The notes under the pieces were generated by a model. It did not search any database. It was not told the DNA's origin and worked only from the letters and a program-made list of their open reading frames with translations. This document shows positions 25,911 to 40,190 of a DNA stretch of 64,000 nt, piece after piece; positions within the stretch are counted from its first letter, which is position 1, and each line of letters opens with the position of its first letter. Source of the stretch: Octopus vulgaris (lineage: Eukaryota); NCBI GenBank assembly GCA_951406725.2, contig OX597814.1, positions 136,214,001-136,278,000 on the forward strand, in the 5' to 3' direction. Made by a program: the position numbers and the translations under genes.

Positions 25911-27596
25911 GATTAGTCAGTTTGAGTGTCGTTTTGTTTGATTTGTCTTTGTAATTCACATATAATTTTCTAAAGTGACAGGCATTGAGTTTTTGTTGAT
26001 CCTTCTCTGATTGACATGTTGCTGTTGTGTCTACGACGCTCTCAGTACAGGCTTTATATATCACAACATTACATTCAAGAATGTCACAAAACATCACAAT
26101 TTCCCATGCTGCTGACATATAAAGAAATAGTCTTATGTTATAATTCTTCTGTAATAAATGGCTAATAGCGCAGTCAGGAGACAATCAGACTAGAATTCTT
26201 AATAACAATGGTGGCGAACCCATCGTGTGTGGGTGACATTTTGCTTACATTCAAATTTGAAATAATCCGCTGACTAACTCTTATAAACTGTCTATTTTTA
26301 TGAATAAAAACTGTTTGATTCTTTAGAAGTAGTAATTTAATACATGTTGCATAAACACTCGCTGGATATCGAATGGCAACAGAGGGTGACCAATAAAGAC
26401 CTCTACATGGACTGTCAACCTGAAAATATCTTAATACTTTAAACTCTTTCAAAATCTTAAATACTACAACAAACTTTTAATGAAATCTTAATTGTTAGTA
26501 TTCTGTCTTCTTTCATCCGCGATACATCGTTGCTACTCACTGAGTAGCAACATCTACAGTAAAACGTCCAACTTACTGTGACTTGAGGTCTGTAGATGAA
26601 TCTTGCACTAGCTCAGCTAAAACAAAAGCTGCAGCAATAAGGAAAATAACAACAACAATAAGGCCCGATAGTGATAGTGTTTGTCAAATACATCGACCTC
26701 AGTGCTTAACTGGTGTTTATTTTATCGACCATGAAAGGACGAAAGGCAAAGTTAGCTTCGGCAGAAGTTGAACCTAGAACGTTAAGAGCAGGAAGAAATA
26801 CTGCTAAGGATTTTGTCTGACTCCCTAAAGATTCTACCAGCACGCTGCATTAATTGTTTAAACGAGGCTAGCAGTTTTACAGGATGGGGGCTAGTCGATT
26901 AGATCGACCCCACTACTGATTACTATTTCATTTTATCAACCCGCAAAAGAATGAAAAACAAGGTTGACTTCGGTTAAATTTTAACTCAGAACGTAGAGTG
27001 GAACAAAACATTTTGTCCGATGCTTTAATTGTCCTACCAACCAACTGCTATTATTCATTAGAATAAAACAAAAACAAAGAAACAACTCTCTAACCTCCAT
27101 GGTGATTTGAGCGACAGATATGTTCTGATGTGGAGTACATAAAGTTGGTTCTATTTCAGTTGTTACATTTATTAACTTACTAGTTCTAAAGAATTAAACA
27201 GTTTTTATTTGTAAAAATAAACAATTCATGAGTTAGTCAGCGGATTATTTCAAATTTAAATGTAAGCAAAATGTCACCCACGCACAATGGGTTCGCCACC
27301 ATTGTTATTAAGAATCCTAGTCTGATTGTCTCCTAACTGCGTTATTAGCTATTTATTACAGAAGAATTATAGCATGAGACTTTTTTTTTTTAGATGTCAG
27401 CAGTATGAGAAATTGTGATGTGACATTCTTTGATGTAATGTTGTGATATATAAAGCCTGTACTGAGAGAGTCGTAGACATAACAGCAACATGTCAATCAG
27501 GGAAGGATCAACAAAAACTCAATGCCTGTCACTTAAGAAAATTATATGTGAATTACAGAGTCAAATAAAACAAAACGACACTCGAACTAACTAATC
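25911..27596. repeat. ~435-bp inverted duplication with ~820-bp spacer
   Basis: 25911-26345 is the reverse complement of 27165-27596, e.g. gtgacaggcattgagtttttgttgatcctt vs aaggatcaacaaaaactcaatgcctgtcac. Confidence 0.9.
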
Positions 27597-27709
27597 AAAT
27601 CAAACCAAGCGATACTCGAACTGAATGAATACAATCTCGACTATAGACGTCAAAACTAATGAGTTGCTGTTGTTTAATTATAAGTTTTCCTTGGTTGAGT
27701 TGATTTCTT

Positions 27710-28092
27710 ATTTCTCTATTGCCCACAAGGGCTAAACATAGAAGGGACAAACAAGGACAGACAAAAGGATTAAGTCGATTACATCGACCCCAGCGCGTAA
27801 CTGGTACTTAATTTATCGACCCCAAAAGGATGAAAGGCAAAGTCAACCTCGGCGGAATTTGAACTCAGAACGTAGCGGCAGACGAAATACATATTTCTTT
27901 ACTACTCACAAGGGGCTAAACACAGAGAGGACAAACAAGGACAGACAAACGGATCAAGTCGATTATATCGACCCCAGTGCGTAACTGGTACTTATTTAAT
28001 CGACCCCCGAAAGGATGAAGGGCAAAGTCTGCAGACGAAATACCGTTAAGCATTTCCCACCCGACGTGCTAACGTTTCTGCCAGCTCGCTGT
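27710..28092 (-). mobile_element. SINE family B, tandem pair
   Basis: Core (element strand) gcctttcatcctttcggggtcgataaa.taagtaccag. Further copies or clusters at ~21860, 26690-27050, 29310-30262, 35775-36730, 40805-41445, 48800-49020, 50260-51068 and 62015-62190. Confidence 0.88.
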
Positions 28093-28480
28093 TCCGTTAT
28101 TTTATTCAGACTTAGTGTAAATAGAACTACATTATATAATGTCATTCTTTATAAAGTGGGAAAGCGTATTTTAAAAAGGATATTCAACTGGCATTTCTAG
28201 GACGACAATCGATCACATATAACTAATGAATTTCTTTGTCATGGTGTTAAAAATGGCACATGCAATTATATTCGTATCAAGAAGTTTTGTGTAAGGTGAA
28301 GTTTCTGCTGATGATTGTTCGGGAATTGTTTACCAACCGAAATATAGTTTAAGATAGATAGGAAGTGATAAATTATAGAAAGCTAAGTTGAAGTTCTTCT
28401 TTATAACGAAGTCAAACCTAACTGAACAAACTTATGATCAAACCTTCCAGGTTTGATCATCTCATCTATTTAAAAGTAAC

Positions 28481-28893
28481 GGATCTTTTCGGTTTGAACG
28501 GCAGTTTTTTCTAGCGGTGTCATATGAAATTGTCACCCATAATTATGACCCTAGTATCGATCTATTGCATTTCAATCTGTTTTAGGGTTAGGGGTGGGGG
28601 GAAAGGTATCTCTTTTTCTTCAGATATGTAAATAAACCCAATCTGTTTCTTAAACGAGGGACATATTCATACGGCACATAATATTTTCACCTCAATAGAC
28701 GTCATTGATTGGTTGAAATTGCAGAAATTGAAGAAATACCAACAACAAATATCTTGCAAACTATAGAAATTTTCCAATAAAGCCAAGAGAAAAAGATGCT
28801 TTATAAACATATTCTACTAGTATACGAAGCTTAAAAGTGTCTAGTCACGTGAAAATTATTAAAAAAAAACTGCCGGTCAAACCGAAAAGATCC
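28481..28893. mobile_element. 413-bp MITE with ~30-bp TIRs and a perfect 8-bp TSD (AAAGTAAC)
   Basis: TIRs ggatcttttcggtttgaacggcagtttttt / aaaaaactgccggtcaaaccgaaaagatcc. aaagtaac at 28473-28480 and 28894-28901. Confidence 0.92.
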
Positions 28894-30539
28894 AAAGTAA
28901 CTAAAACTACATTAACCAATACGTATTTCGGTTTTTTAAAGACGGTAAAGAGTGATTTGAACGAGGGTGGCTGTATAGAAGTATCTTCCCTAGCTCACGA
29001 AATTTGCGTGAGTTAGTATAAATGAAAAGAAATATAAGAGTTTCAGACCGCTATTTATTTCAGAAAAAATAAAGTATTGAAATAAAGAAATTGGTCTCAT
29101 ATAGATTTTGACGAATGAGGGCTCCAGAAATTCACTCAACAGAATTCCTTATGTATTATAGTCTAAGCAACAGAGCATGACACAGGCACGTACTTGCACT
29201 CTTATTCCTCAAACTGGTTTTAGCGTTAGCATGCGGCAATGATGGTTACAATTTTTACAAACACAATGATATTAAATTTACGTGCCTGAATGTAAATTTA
29301 TATACTTTCTAACTTTGGCACAAGGCCAGTTTCGACCGGAAGAGGATTTTGATTACACTTACTAATATTTTACTGGCACTTATTTTATCGACTCCCCCAA
29401 AAATGACAGGCTAGGTCATCGTCGGTGACATTTGAATGAAAAACGTAAAGAGCCGTAAGAAACGACGCTAAACATTTTGTTCGGCGCGTTAATGATTTTG
29501 CCAGTTCACCGCCTTCGTAAATTAATATTTTTTTTCAACTAATAAGACGGCGAGATGGCAGAATTATTAGCTCACCGAACAAAATGCTTAGCGGCATTTC
29601 GTCCGTCTTTACGTTCTGAGTTTAAATACTGCCGGGATTTACTTTGCCTTTCGTCCTTTAGGGGTCGATAAAACGTACCAGTTTAGATATAATCGACTTA
29701 CAACTTCCCCCCAAATTGCTGGCCTTGTGCCAAAGTTTCGAATCAACATTTCTTTCTACAATAAGCACAACGCCTGAAATTTGTGGTGATTGGCTAGACG
29801 ATTACATTAATCGAATGCTGAGCCGGTACTTATTTTACCGACCCCAAAAGACGGACAAAATGCAACTAAGCATTTTCCCCGGCGTACTAACGGTTCTGCC
29901 AGGTCATTGCTCTATTGTAGATTAATATTGGTTTCAAATTTTGGCACAACGCCAGTAATTTCAAGAGAGGGAGTAAGTCGATTACATCCACTCCAATGCT
30001 CGATGGTAGTTATCTTCTCGAATCCGAAAAGACTGTAAATTAATATTGATTTCAAATTTTGGCACAAAGCCAGCAAGTTCAGGAGTGGGATTAAGTCGAT
30101 TACATCGACCCCAGTGATTAACTGGTACTTATTTTATCGACCCCGAAAGGATTAAAGGAAAAATCGACCCCGGCGGAATTTTAAACGCAGAGCATGAAAA
30201 CGGACGAATTGCTGCCACGCATCTTGCCAGGCGTGCTAACCATTTTGCCAGCTCACCGCCCTACAGTATATTAATATTGAAAGATGACAATAACTATAAT
30301 TACAGGGATCAAAATATATATGGTTACTCTGTCACTATAATCTGTATTATTTGTCGACTTTGATTAAAATTTGTAACGAATGTAGAGGAAAACTGAAAAA
30401 AGAAATGTTTTCTCTGCTACAATAATCGCGGCTAGACTCGGAGTAGGAAGGTGTTGATTAAAATTTGTAGTGTATGTATAGTTTAAATTACCAATAATAC
30501 GACGATATTGAAAAACAACTGTAATTATAAAAGTTTATA

Positions 30540-33500
30540 ATTCAAATTCTACTGCATCTGCAGTCATATTTATTTTGTCTGTCTGTTCTTCGTGATACGG
30601 AAGTATAGTCGGATGATTTTAATTCTTCTTCTGTCATTTTTGACCGAAGACATGTCTTTAATCGCTTTGCTAGAGAAAATGTTCGTTCAGCTGTAGCAGA
30701 TGTTGCAGGAATTATCAGTAAAAGTTGGCAAATTTTTTCCAAAATCTATGATATTATGTGATTGCCATCGGCTGCTTTGTCATGCAGATGGCTTACAATG
30801 TCAGCCAAACTTCAAACAAAGGTCTTTCTGACAGAAATTTCAAATGCCAGAAGTTGAGCTATCAAAGAATTAATGTCAATGGCGTCGGCAAATGTTTCTT
30901 TTATAAAATTTGTTCCTGATGAGGTATTCTCTTTGTTCATCGCCTTTAAAAGCATTGTCACCAGCCTTCAATATACACTTTTGATCTCGCCTTATCAAAG
31001 ACCGCTCTTCGATAAAAGAAATTATTGTATCTACGACCTCAAAATACACATGTCTGCAATAGTCTCGAACTGTTGGTAGAATTGTTCCCATTTCATTTTT
31101 TTCTTGAGAAGTTCCGCTTCCGTGGCAATACAGGTTCTGAGACGAAAGTATATGTCCCCGCCTTCCATACAATATCCTCATAGAGGATATCAAATGAATC
31201 TTCATTCTTCATAAACTTAGATAAACTTAGATATGTTTCGACCAAAGATTGGTCCAGGCCATGTCTAACTTAATAGTACCACCTGATAGGATTATTCGAA
31301 TCCTGTTTAAGTCAAGTTTTGTTTATGATCCATTCAAGTAGTGAGTTTTTGTTTGGTGAGTTGTATCCAATTATGGGTGGCTTATCTGGTATTCTTTGAA
31401 GGAATCTATCCAGACTCCTTTTAAAGTTGATGGAATCCTTTTCCTCTTTGATCTCTTTCGGGACAATGTTAAATAGGGCAGGGCCTGTTGAGGAAAAGAA
31501 ATTATGTTGCAGTGTACATGTATGCTGTGATCTTGAATTGGGCAGGGGACGTATGGCCCGTGGTCCCAGTCTTAGATGAACCTTGAAGCTTATGTTCAGG
31601 TCGTTTGGGCAAAGTTGGCGGTATATTCTCCACATCGTACAAATGATGTCCCGCTCACGGTGACGCTGGAGAGAGTAGAGTTTCAAGGCTTTAAGGCGAT
31701 CCCAATAATCGAGAGCAGCCATGCCTTCAATTCGTTTAGTGAGTGCCCTCTGGGGTGATTCAATCCTCGAGATGTTTTGTCTTGTATGGGGAGACCACAG
31801 TGGGCAGCAGTATTCGAGGTGTGACCGTACAAAGGAGGAAAAAAGTGGTATGATGACACCGTGTTCTCTGGACCGGAAAGTTCTTAAGATCCAGGAACTC
31901 ATCCTACGAGCTATATCGACCTTCTTGTTGATGTGTGCACTCCAACTGAGATCGTCATCAACAATTACACCCAGGTCTCTGATATCGTTAGAGGCTGTGA
32001 GCAGTTCCCCTGAAGGAAGAGAGTATGGCTGTTTTAGTGAGGAATTTCTTCCAAAATGCATCAGCTCAAGTTTTCCCTCGTTCAGTTGCATCTTGTTTCT
32101 GTCTGCCCATTGACTCACAGCTTATAGATCAGACTGGAGTTGAGCTCGGTCTGCTTCTTCATTGACGATTTTCTGGAGCTTAGTGTCATCAGCAAATATT
32201 TTCACTTTGCAGTAATGTACGACACTGGAAAAGGTCGTTTATGTAAATTATGAAGAGTAGCGGACCCAAGACAGTTCCCCTGGGGGACACCGTTGGTGAC
32301 TTTTGCTGGGCTTGAGTGGACTCCATCAACTACAACATGTTGTGTTCTATTCGCCAGGAAATACTTAATCCAGTGTAGAACTTTTCCACGGATTCCAACA
32401 TTTGCCAATTTTGAGAGTAGGATATTATGGTCTACCCTGTCGAACGCTTTACTGAAGTCAAGATATATGACATCAGAGTTCGAACCTGCTCCCAAGGCTT
32501 TGAGTACATCTTCAATGTGGTGTAAGAGCTGTGTTAGACAGTCCCTGCCACAGCGAAAGCCATACTGATTTGCATTTAGGAGTTTGTGGGTCTCCAGGAA
32601 GTCAGCTATCCTTGATCTTAACACTCTTTCAAACACGTTAATGATGTGGGAGGTGAGTGAGATTGGGCGATAGTTGAGTGCGAGGGATCTGTTTTCCTGT
32701 TTGAAAACCGAGATGACTGACTGGGATAGAAACTGTTTCGGTATATAACCTGCGTCTAACGAATTTCTCCAGAGGTTGGTCAGAGGGACTGCAAGTTGGT
32801 GTCTACATTCCTTCAGGAGACTAGCGGGGAATCTATCAGAGCCTACAGCAGAGTAGTATTTGACCTCATTTATTGCTGCTACGATGTCAGTGGCAGTGAA
32901 GGTTATGTCTGAGATTTTATGTTGGGAGTCAACTTCGTTCGCTTCTCTTACGTCAATATCAGTGGGAACACTAAAGACAGAGCAGTATTGTTTCTGCAGT
33001 ATTTCTGCCATTTCTTTAGCATCGTGTTGGGGAATGCCGTTATCATCAATCAATGGCCCAATGGGTGAGACAGTGGTTCTATGCTTATTTGCATAAGAAT
33101 AGAACACTTTCGGGTTCTGTTTGATGTTTTTGATTACCCACTGTTCCTCCACAGCTCTTTGATTTTCAATGGAGGTTTTCATGTCGGTCTGCAGATGAAG
33201 TTTTTCCAGCTCTAGCCTTTTCATTGTTGTTGAATGTGGATGTTGTGTGTGGGAATATTTTAATTGGTTGATTTTTTTTGTTGAGTCTTTTGATGCGCCT
33301 GATGAGTGTTTTTTTCTTTTTAGCGAGCCGGTTTCTGTTTGTGTTAGTAAATTTCGTGGGAGCGTGTTTAGAGCATGTATAGGTGACAATGTTTTCAAAG
33401 TGCTGCCATGCGGTCTCAATATGGGTGGAATTGAGAGTAAAAGACCAGTCGATGAAAGACAGATCCTTTCTGATTGCTCCCCAGTCCGCTTTGTGGAAGT

Positions 33501-34520
33501 TTATGTTGTCAAATGAGTGCCATGGAGTGGGATTGGCTGGTTTGGTTTTTATGTGTCGGGAATTAAAATTGCAGAGTACCATGTCGTGGTCTGAAAGGAG
33601 ATATATTTTGAAAATGTCTATTAATCTCAGCCACCCTCTTTCCTCTTGATGATATTTCAACTGTTTGCAGAAACTTCGATAATTTTCCTAAATACAAGAG
33701 ATGACCGATATTTAGACTAAATGCAGAAATCGACGTTTCCATTTGCACACGGCACCCAGTTATATGGTCCCGAACATCAGCAGTCAATTGTGGCTACACA
33801 TTCTTACCAACATTCGAATAGAACTGAATGATTTGCGAGAATTCGTCAAAAGCAACCAGTACCTACTGTCCATCCCCTTACACTCAGAGCTAAGATCCCA
33901 CCGACTATCAAAACTAAACTTTTCTTTAGTGAATATTTGATTAGAGCAACAATCTTCTTACTGCCACTCATCTTGTCATATGAAGTATTCTAAAATGCAT
34001 TGCAGTTTTCTTAACACACGAACTTAATGTTAAAGAATTCACTTGGCGTTCTTTCTAACATTTGACTTCTCTGGGGGTTTTCCCAAGTATGTGTGTCGCT
34101 ATTTCTAAACATTACTACTCTACAGTTGCATAAATGTTGTTGCAGACTTGTAAAAGTATTTATTCTAACAGGAAATGTTATTGAAAATTTTATGCCTAGC
34201 TTACAATGAATACACATACATTTCTCGTTGGCCATCAAGTATTTGTCAATGCAATAAATACATAATTTGTCAGCAATAATTGAATGTTTGTAAGACTAAC
34301 GAAGCTAGTTTTACAGAACAGAACTAATTTTGTATACTGCAGCTAAGGCATCATCTATGTCTATCATCTGTATGGAGTCACTCCAAGAAGATTGGAATAA
34401 TTTTTAGCCCTCAACCGTACCAGTTCATACAAGTTAAATGATTCTCCAGTATTTTCTTGTATAACTGTTCCTTGTCGGCAAAGAAAGTGCAAAAGAAATT
34501 ACGAACACTCAATAACTTGT
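30540..34520 (-). pseudogene. hAT (ZMYM1/Tip100-like) transposase relic split by a LINE
   Basis: hAT dimerisation motif LLLIIPATSATAERTFS..KRLKT.LRS.M (30542..30742), YFEVVDTII (30876..31205) and CIHC (~34215). Interrupted at 31211-33600. Confidence 0.85.
31211..33600 (-). mobile_element. 5'-truncated CR1-group APE-RT LINE, frameshifted
   Basis: Starts at the APE motif LSDHD. RT motifs NYRPISLTS, YLDFSKAFDRVDH, GVPQG, FADD (~32195). C-terminal ORF 31312..32118. 3' tail repeat (tctaagttta)2. Confidence 0.92.
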
Positions 34521-35589
34521 ATTTATCATTTACGACTTGTTTGCATATGTTGTCTTACAGTTTCACCTACCAATTTTCTAACGTTATTTTTACATTTAGT
34601 AAACAGTACTAGTTCGATATCCACACGTGGACATTCAGAGAGTCGAAATTCTGAAAATAACAGGGAACATTTTTTTCAATTACAAACCTTTCTGTTAAAA
34701 AAAAACAAAACATTTTTTAAACCCCTATTATGCTATTATTTTGAATTTTCTTTATAATTAGCACGATTGTAGATTTGTTCTTAATGAATGATATCAGAAG
34801 CTGTGAACTAAATAGATTGGAAAAAAGTTCCTGCTTGCTAAAATGTCAGACTGGAAAATATGTAATTCATCGGTTGATATGGGTGAGTAATAGAATTAAA
34901 CCGGGTTTCGTTAGCTAATTCTGCTAACGTTGATCTAGACAATGAAACCGAAACTACTGCAGTAGAAACGACGTTGCTTAGAAGTCACCGGTTGTACGTG
35001 AAATTATGTAATACGGTTGATTTTAGGAACCGATTAACAAGTACTATTAGGGTTTATTGATTTTGAATAAGAAAAGAATTTAGCATCGCTTTTTACCTGC
35101 AACTGTTGGAGATACTTGCAATTGTTTAATAATCTTATTAAATAAGATTTTAAAATTAAACACTTTTTTCAGAGGATATTTGGTATTTTCCGTATTTTAA
35201 TTAATAATTATAATAATCTGAGAAATTAAAGTTTGTAACCCGTTCAGTGTCGTATCATATATGGACGCTTAATTATCTGATACTGAAATGAGTTCAGAAT
35301 AGACAGATGGATAATAACACGATGTTTCTAAATGTGTGACAGAAACACACGCACAATCTATTCTTTCACGCTTATATTTCATTCTCGATCAGAGCGGTAT
35401 ATTTAATAGATGCTGTAGACATGTTCAATGGAGCTAACTGTAATTAAGATTTGTGAAAAGTCATATTTCTCATCTCAATAGCAGTTTAATATGTCACATG
35501 AAATTTCAACTTCCTAGTTTTCTTAAATTCTGACCATTACCAGTATAGTCCGCATGCGATTAAATTATACTGTTATTATCCTGTCAGTG

Positions 35590-35750
35590 TGAAGGCGCGT
35601 GGCTTAGTGGTTAGCGTATTCGATCACGATCGCAACGTTAAGGGTAGATGTGTCTGTGGTGTGCTCAGCCACAAGCACGTTAATTTCACAAGCAAGTTGT
35701 TCCGTTTATCGGATCAACTGAAACCCTCGCCGTTGTAACCGACGGAGTGT
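35590..35750 (+). mobile_element. SINE family D, internally deleted copy
   Basis: Head gtgaaggcgcgtggcttagtggttag is joined directly to tail ..gttaatttcac..gtaaccgacggagtg. Fuller copy at 58822-59140(-); head fragment at ~41513-41650. Confidence 0.75.
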
Positions 35751-37459
35751 CAGCTATCAATTCAAAGCAAGGTATCGAGCTGGCAAAATCATTATCGTGC
35801 CGGACAAAATGCTTCGCAAGATTTCGTCTGTGTTTACGTTCAGAAGTGCTAAAATTTGAAACCATTAGCAATTTACTGCATGAACTGTTTTAAATAATGG
35901 TTTCACATTTTGACACAAAGCCAGCAACTTTTGGAGTAAGTCAACTTTGCCTTTATTCTTTTCAGGTCGATAAAATAAATACCGGCTGAACACTGGTACT
36001 TATTTTATCGACCTGAAAGGAAGAAAGGCAAAGTTGACCGTAGCGGAATTTGAACTTAGAACGTAAAGAGTTTGAAGAAATGTCCAACGCGTTAACGATT
36101 CTGCTACATCACTGCATACGAGCTATTTCAAACAAGTGCTTCTTCGTTTATAATGTAGGCACAAGGCCAAAAATTTAGGGGATGGAGTTAGTCGATTACA
36201 TCTACACCAGTACATGAGTCGTACTTTATTTTATCGACTCCGAAAGGATGAAAGGCATATTTGACTTGACAAGTAATTTGAACTCAGCAAGTAATGAGCC
36301 GAAAGAAATGCCGCTAAGCTTTTTAACTGATGCGCTAATGATTCTGCCTGCTCGCCGCCTTTAAATTCTTTCTACAAAGACATGAAATTTTGGGAAAGGG
36401 GTTAGTCCATTACATCGACCCGTGCTCAACTGATACTCATTTTATCAACTCGACAGGATGAAAGGCAAAGTCGACCTCGACGGAATTTGAACTCAGAAAG
36501 TGTTACCTAAGCATTTTGTCCGACATGCTAACCATTCTGTCAGCTCGCTGCCTATGAGCTATTTTAAATAATCCTTTTCACTATGGGCAGACGACCTGAA
36601 GTTTCGAGGAAGTGGGGCCAATCGATTGTACCAACTCTAGTGGTACCTATTTCATGGACCCCAAAAGGATGAAAGGCAAAGTCGACCTCGGTGACATATG
36701 AACCCGTTACATAAAGACGGACGAAATGCTACCGTGCATGGCTATTATCTAATGACTGAGACAAGTAAAAGATAAAAGACGAGAGAAAACTCCAAATTTC
36801 GCGTACGGTCAATTTTTATAATTATTAAAGATAAAAATGCATTGCTTGTATCTAGTTTTTATGAAAATCGTCACACTTCCCATATTTAATTTAATGTAAA
36901 AAAATAATTTGGTTGGCAGGCATTGTAATGTCAAAAAAACGTATGAATAAAAAGGATAGAAAAATTTGTATACAAATTAATAAATAAAAGTGGAACAACG
37001 AGTGTATGTGTACACATAGACAGGTAAATACCTGCGTATATATGTGAACTGCAAAAGGGAAAGATTGTTCATTTGATATCTTTAAACATGTCATTGACAT
37101 GTGTTAACATATATTTTCGGAAATATTAATATTAATCTTGTGGGGGCCAGGGGGCGGCAAACTGAAGGGCTTGCCCGGGTGACGCGCAATCTAGCTACGC
37201 TAGTGTGTGTGTGTGTGTGTATGCATACAGCAATAGTTCCGGGTCCAGTCCCACTGCATAGAATATTTGGCAAGTATCTTCAACAATAGGGGCAGGAGTG
37301 GCTGTGTGGTAAGTAGCTTGCTTACCAACCATATGGTTCCGGGTTCAGTCCTACTGCGTAGCACCTTGGGCAGGTGTCTTCTACTATAGCCTCGGGCCGA
37401 CCAAAGCCTTGTGAGTGGATTTGGTAGACGGAAACTGAAAGAAGCCTGTCGTATATATG

Positions 37460-37503
<44 letters not shown>

Positions 37504-38378
37504 TGTGTCTGTGTTTGCCCCCCCCCCCCCAACATCACTTGACAACCGATGCCCGTGTGTTTGCGTCCCTGTAGCTTAGCGGTTCGGCAAAAAGAGACCG
37601 ATAGAATGAGTACTAGGCTTACAAAGAATAAATCCTGGGGTCGATTTGCTCGACTAAAGGCGGTGCTCCAGCATGGCCACAGTCAAATGACTGAAACAAG
37701 TAAAAGAGAGTAAAGAGTAATGGCTTCAAACCAGCCAATGCAATGTGATTGGGTTTGGTAGACGGAAATTGAAAGAAGCCTGTTGCGTATACATATCTAT
37801 GTGTGTGTCTTTTTGTCCGTTTCTCCTCCTCCACCGCTTGACAATCTATGTTGATGTGCTTGCTTCTCAGAAACTTAGCGGTTCGGCATAGAAACCGATA
37901 GAATAAATACCAGGTTTAAGAAGCAGAACTGGGGTCGATTCTGCGAATAAACATTCTAGAAGGTGGTGTCCCAGCATGGTCGCAGGCAGTCTAATGACTG
38001 AAGCATATGATATATTTTTCATATAGGCGTGGGAGTAGCTGTGTGGTAAGTAGCTTGCTTACCAACCACATGATACTGGGTTCAGTCCTACCGCGTGAGA
38101 CCTTGACCAAGTTTCTTCTATAGCCTCGGGCTGACCAAAGTTTTGTGAGTGGATTTTGTATGTGCGTCTATATGTTTGTGAGTCTGTGTTTGTCCCCACA
38201 ACATCGCTTGACGGCTGATGCTGGTGTGTTTACGATCCCGTAATCTAGCTGTTCGGCAAAAAAGACCGCTAGAATAAGTATTAGGCTTACAAAGTATAAG
38301 TCCTGGGGTCGATTTGCTTGACTAAAGGCGGCACCCCAGCATGGCCGCAGTCAAATGAGTGAAACAAGTAAAAGAAAA

Positions 38379-38379
<1 letters not shown>

Positions 38380-38415
<36 letters not shown>

Positions 38416-38467
38416 GTGTGTGTGTACGTACATATACGCACAACAGGTTTCCAATCACCTTCCGTGT

Positions 38468-38527
<60 letters not shown>

Positions 38528-39027
38528 GAACAGACATACACATACATATTTAATCTATATTTAAATGGATATGCCAAGTGCGAATAACAACAGAATACAC
38601 AACAAAACATCAAAAACATGAAAAAAAGACGAAAATTAAAAAATGAAGAACGGATATATAAAGTCACCAAGTTACATAATATCGAATAGTTGGTCCTTTG
38701 CGAAGACAGGTGAAACGAGAAATGACACACACACACAAACACGCACACACATTTATATATGTATGTATATATATATATATATGTATGTATGTATTAATGT
38801 GCGTGTGTGAGCGACAAGCGGTTGAGATATCGAAAAGAAGCATGGCAACTAGACGTAAGTTTACAAATATTCAGCCATAGACTTCTTGACACAGGAGGAG
38901 AATTGAAGTCAGATTATGCTAACAGCAAACAACTTACCCAGTATGACATAATCTTTTCTTGCAATGATGCTATGCAAGACAATCTAACTATATATATATA
39001 TATGCGTATATATATATATATATATGC

Positions 39028-39117
<90 letters not shown>

Positions 39118-39176
39118 GCGTGTATGTATATATATATATATATATATACGCATATATATATATATATATATACACG

Positions 39177-39257
<81 letters not shown>

Positions 39258-39508
39258 ATATTATCAAAGGATACGCAGATTGTGTATGCCTATGTGTGTA
39301 AGTGTATATTAAATTAAGTGTTCAACGAAATCCAGCACTGGATAATGCTTATATGCATTCTAATACAATATATAGCCAAAAGAATATATAAATATACACA
39401 CACAAATACAAGCATATAGGCTGACTTGAGTATGAATATATATCTGCACAAAATGCACTACATACTCATGCACACAGGGAAATATACATACATACATACA
39501 TACATACA

Positions 39509-39568
<60 letters not shown>

Positions 39569-39846
39569 CACATATATGCGTATATATGTATATATGTATG
39601 TATATATATATGTATATGTGAGAGAAGGCGAATGAGTGAGAGAGGGGGGCAGAATGTCATGGAATTGCAGGCAGACATATGTCTGTGCGCATACAAATGT
39701 ATGCTGATTTATATTTAACAAGTCATTCCTACAGAATTAGTACTGTTGCTGGAGAATTCGCATATATATGTATGCGTCTCTCTCCTAAACATATCTGCAT
39801 ACACATACACACACACATATATACATACATATATATATCCGTATAT

Positions 39847-39914
<68 letters not shown>

Positions 39915-39970
39915 ATATATGTATATATATATCCGTATATATACATACATACATATATATATGTACACAT

Positions 39971-40046
<76 letters not shown>

Positions 40047-40145
40047 ATATTATGTATACATATAAATATATATCTATATGTTATATTATAATTTCTATAT
40101 TATGTACACGCACACACACACACGCATAGGCGGAGAAACAGATAG

Positions 40146-40188
<43 letters not shown>

Positions 40189-40190
40189 TC
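38380..40190. repeat. Extended TA/CA/TACA microsatellite field
   Basis: Directly visible; explains the many YIYI ORFs. Confidence 0.93.

Noticed and set aside
25822-26452. Minus-strand ORFs of 120 and 92 aa as possible host exons
   Set aside because: The inverted second copy has indels and stops in the same region, and the peptides show no recognisable motif.
28582-28593. ttagggttaggg telomere-like repeat
   Set aside because: Only two units, and they lie inside a MITE.
37140-37205. hAT-like terminus ..gcccgggtgacgcgcaatctagctacgctagtg
   Set aside because: No matching left TIR or TSD was found, so the element could not be delimited.
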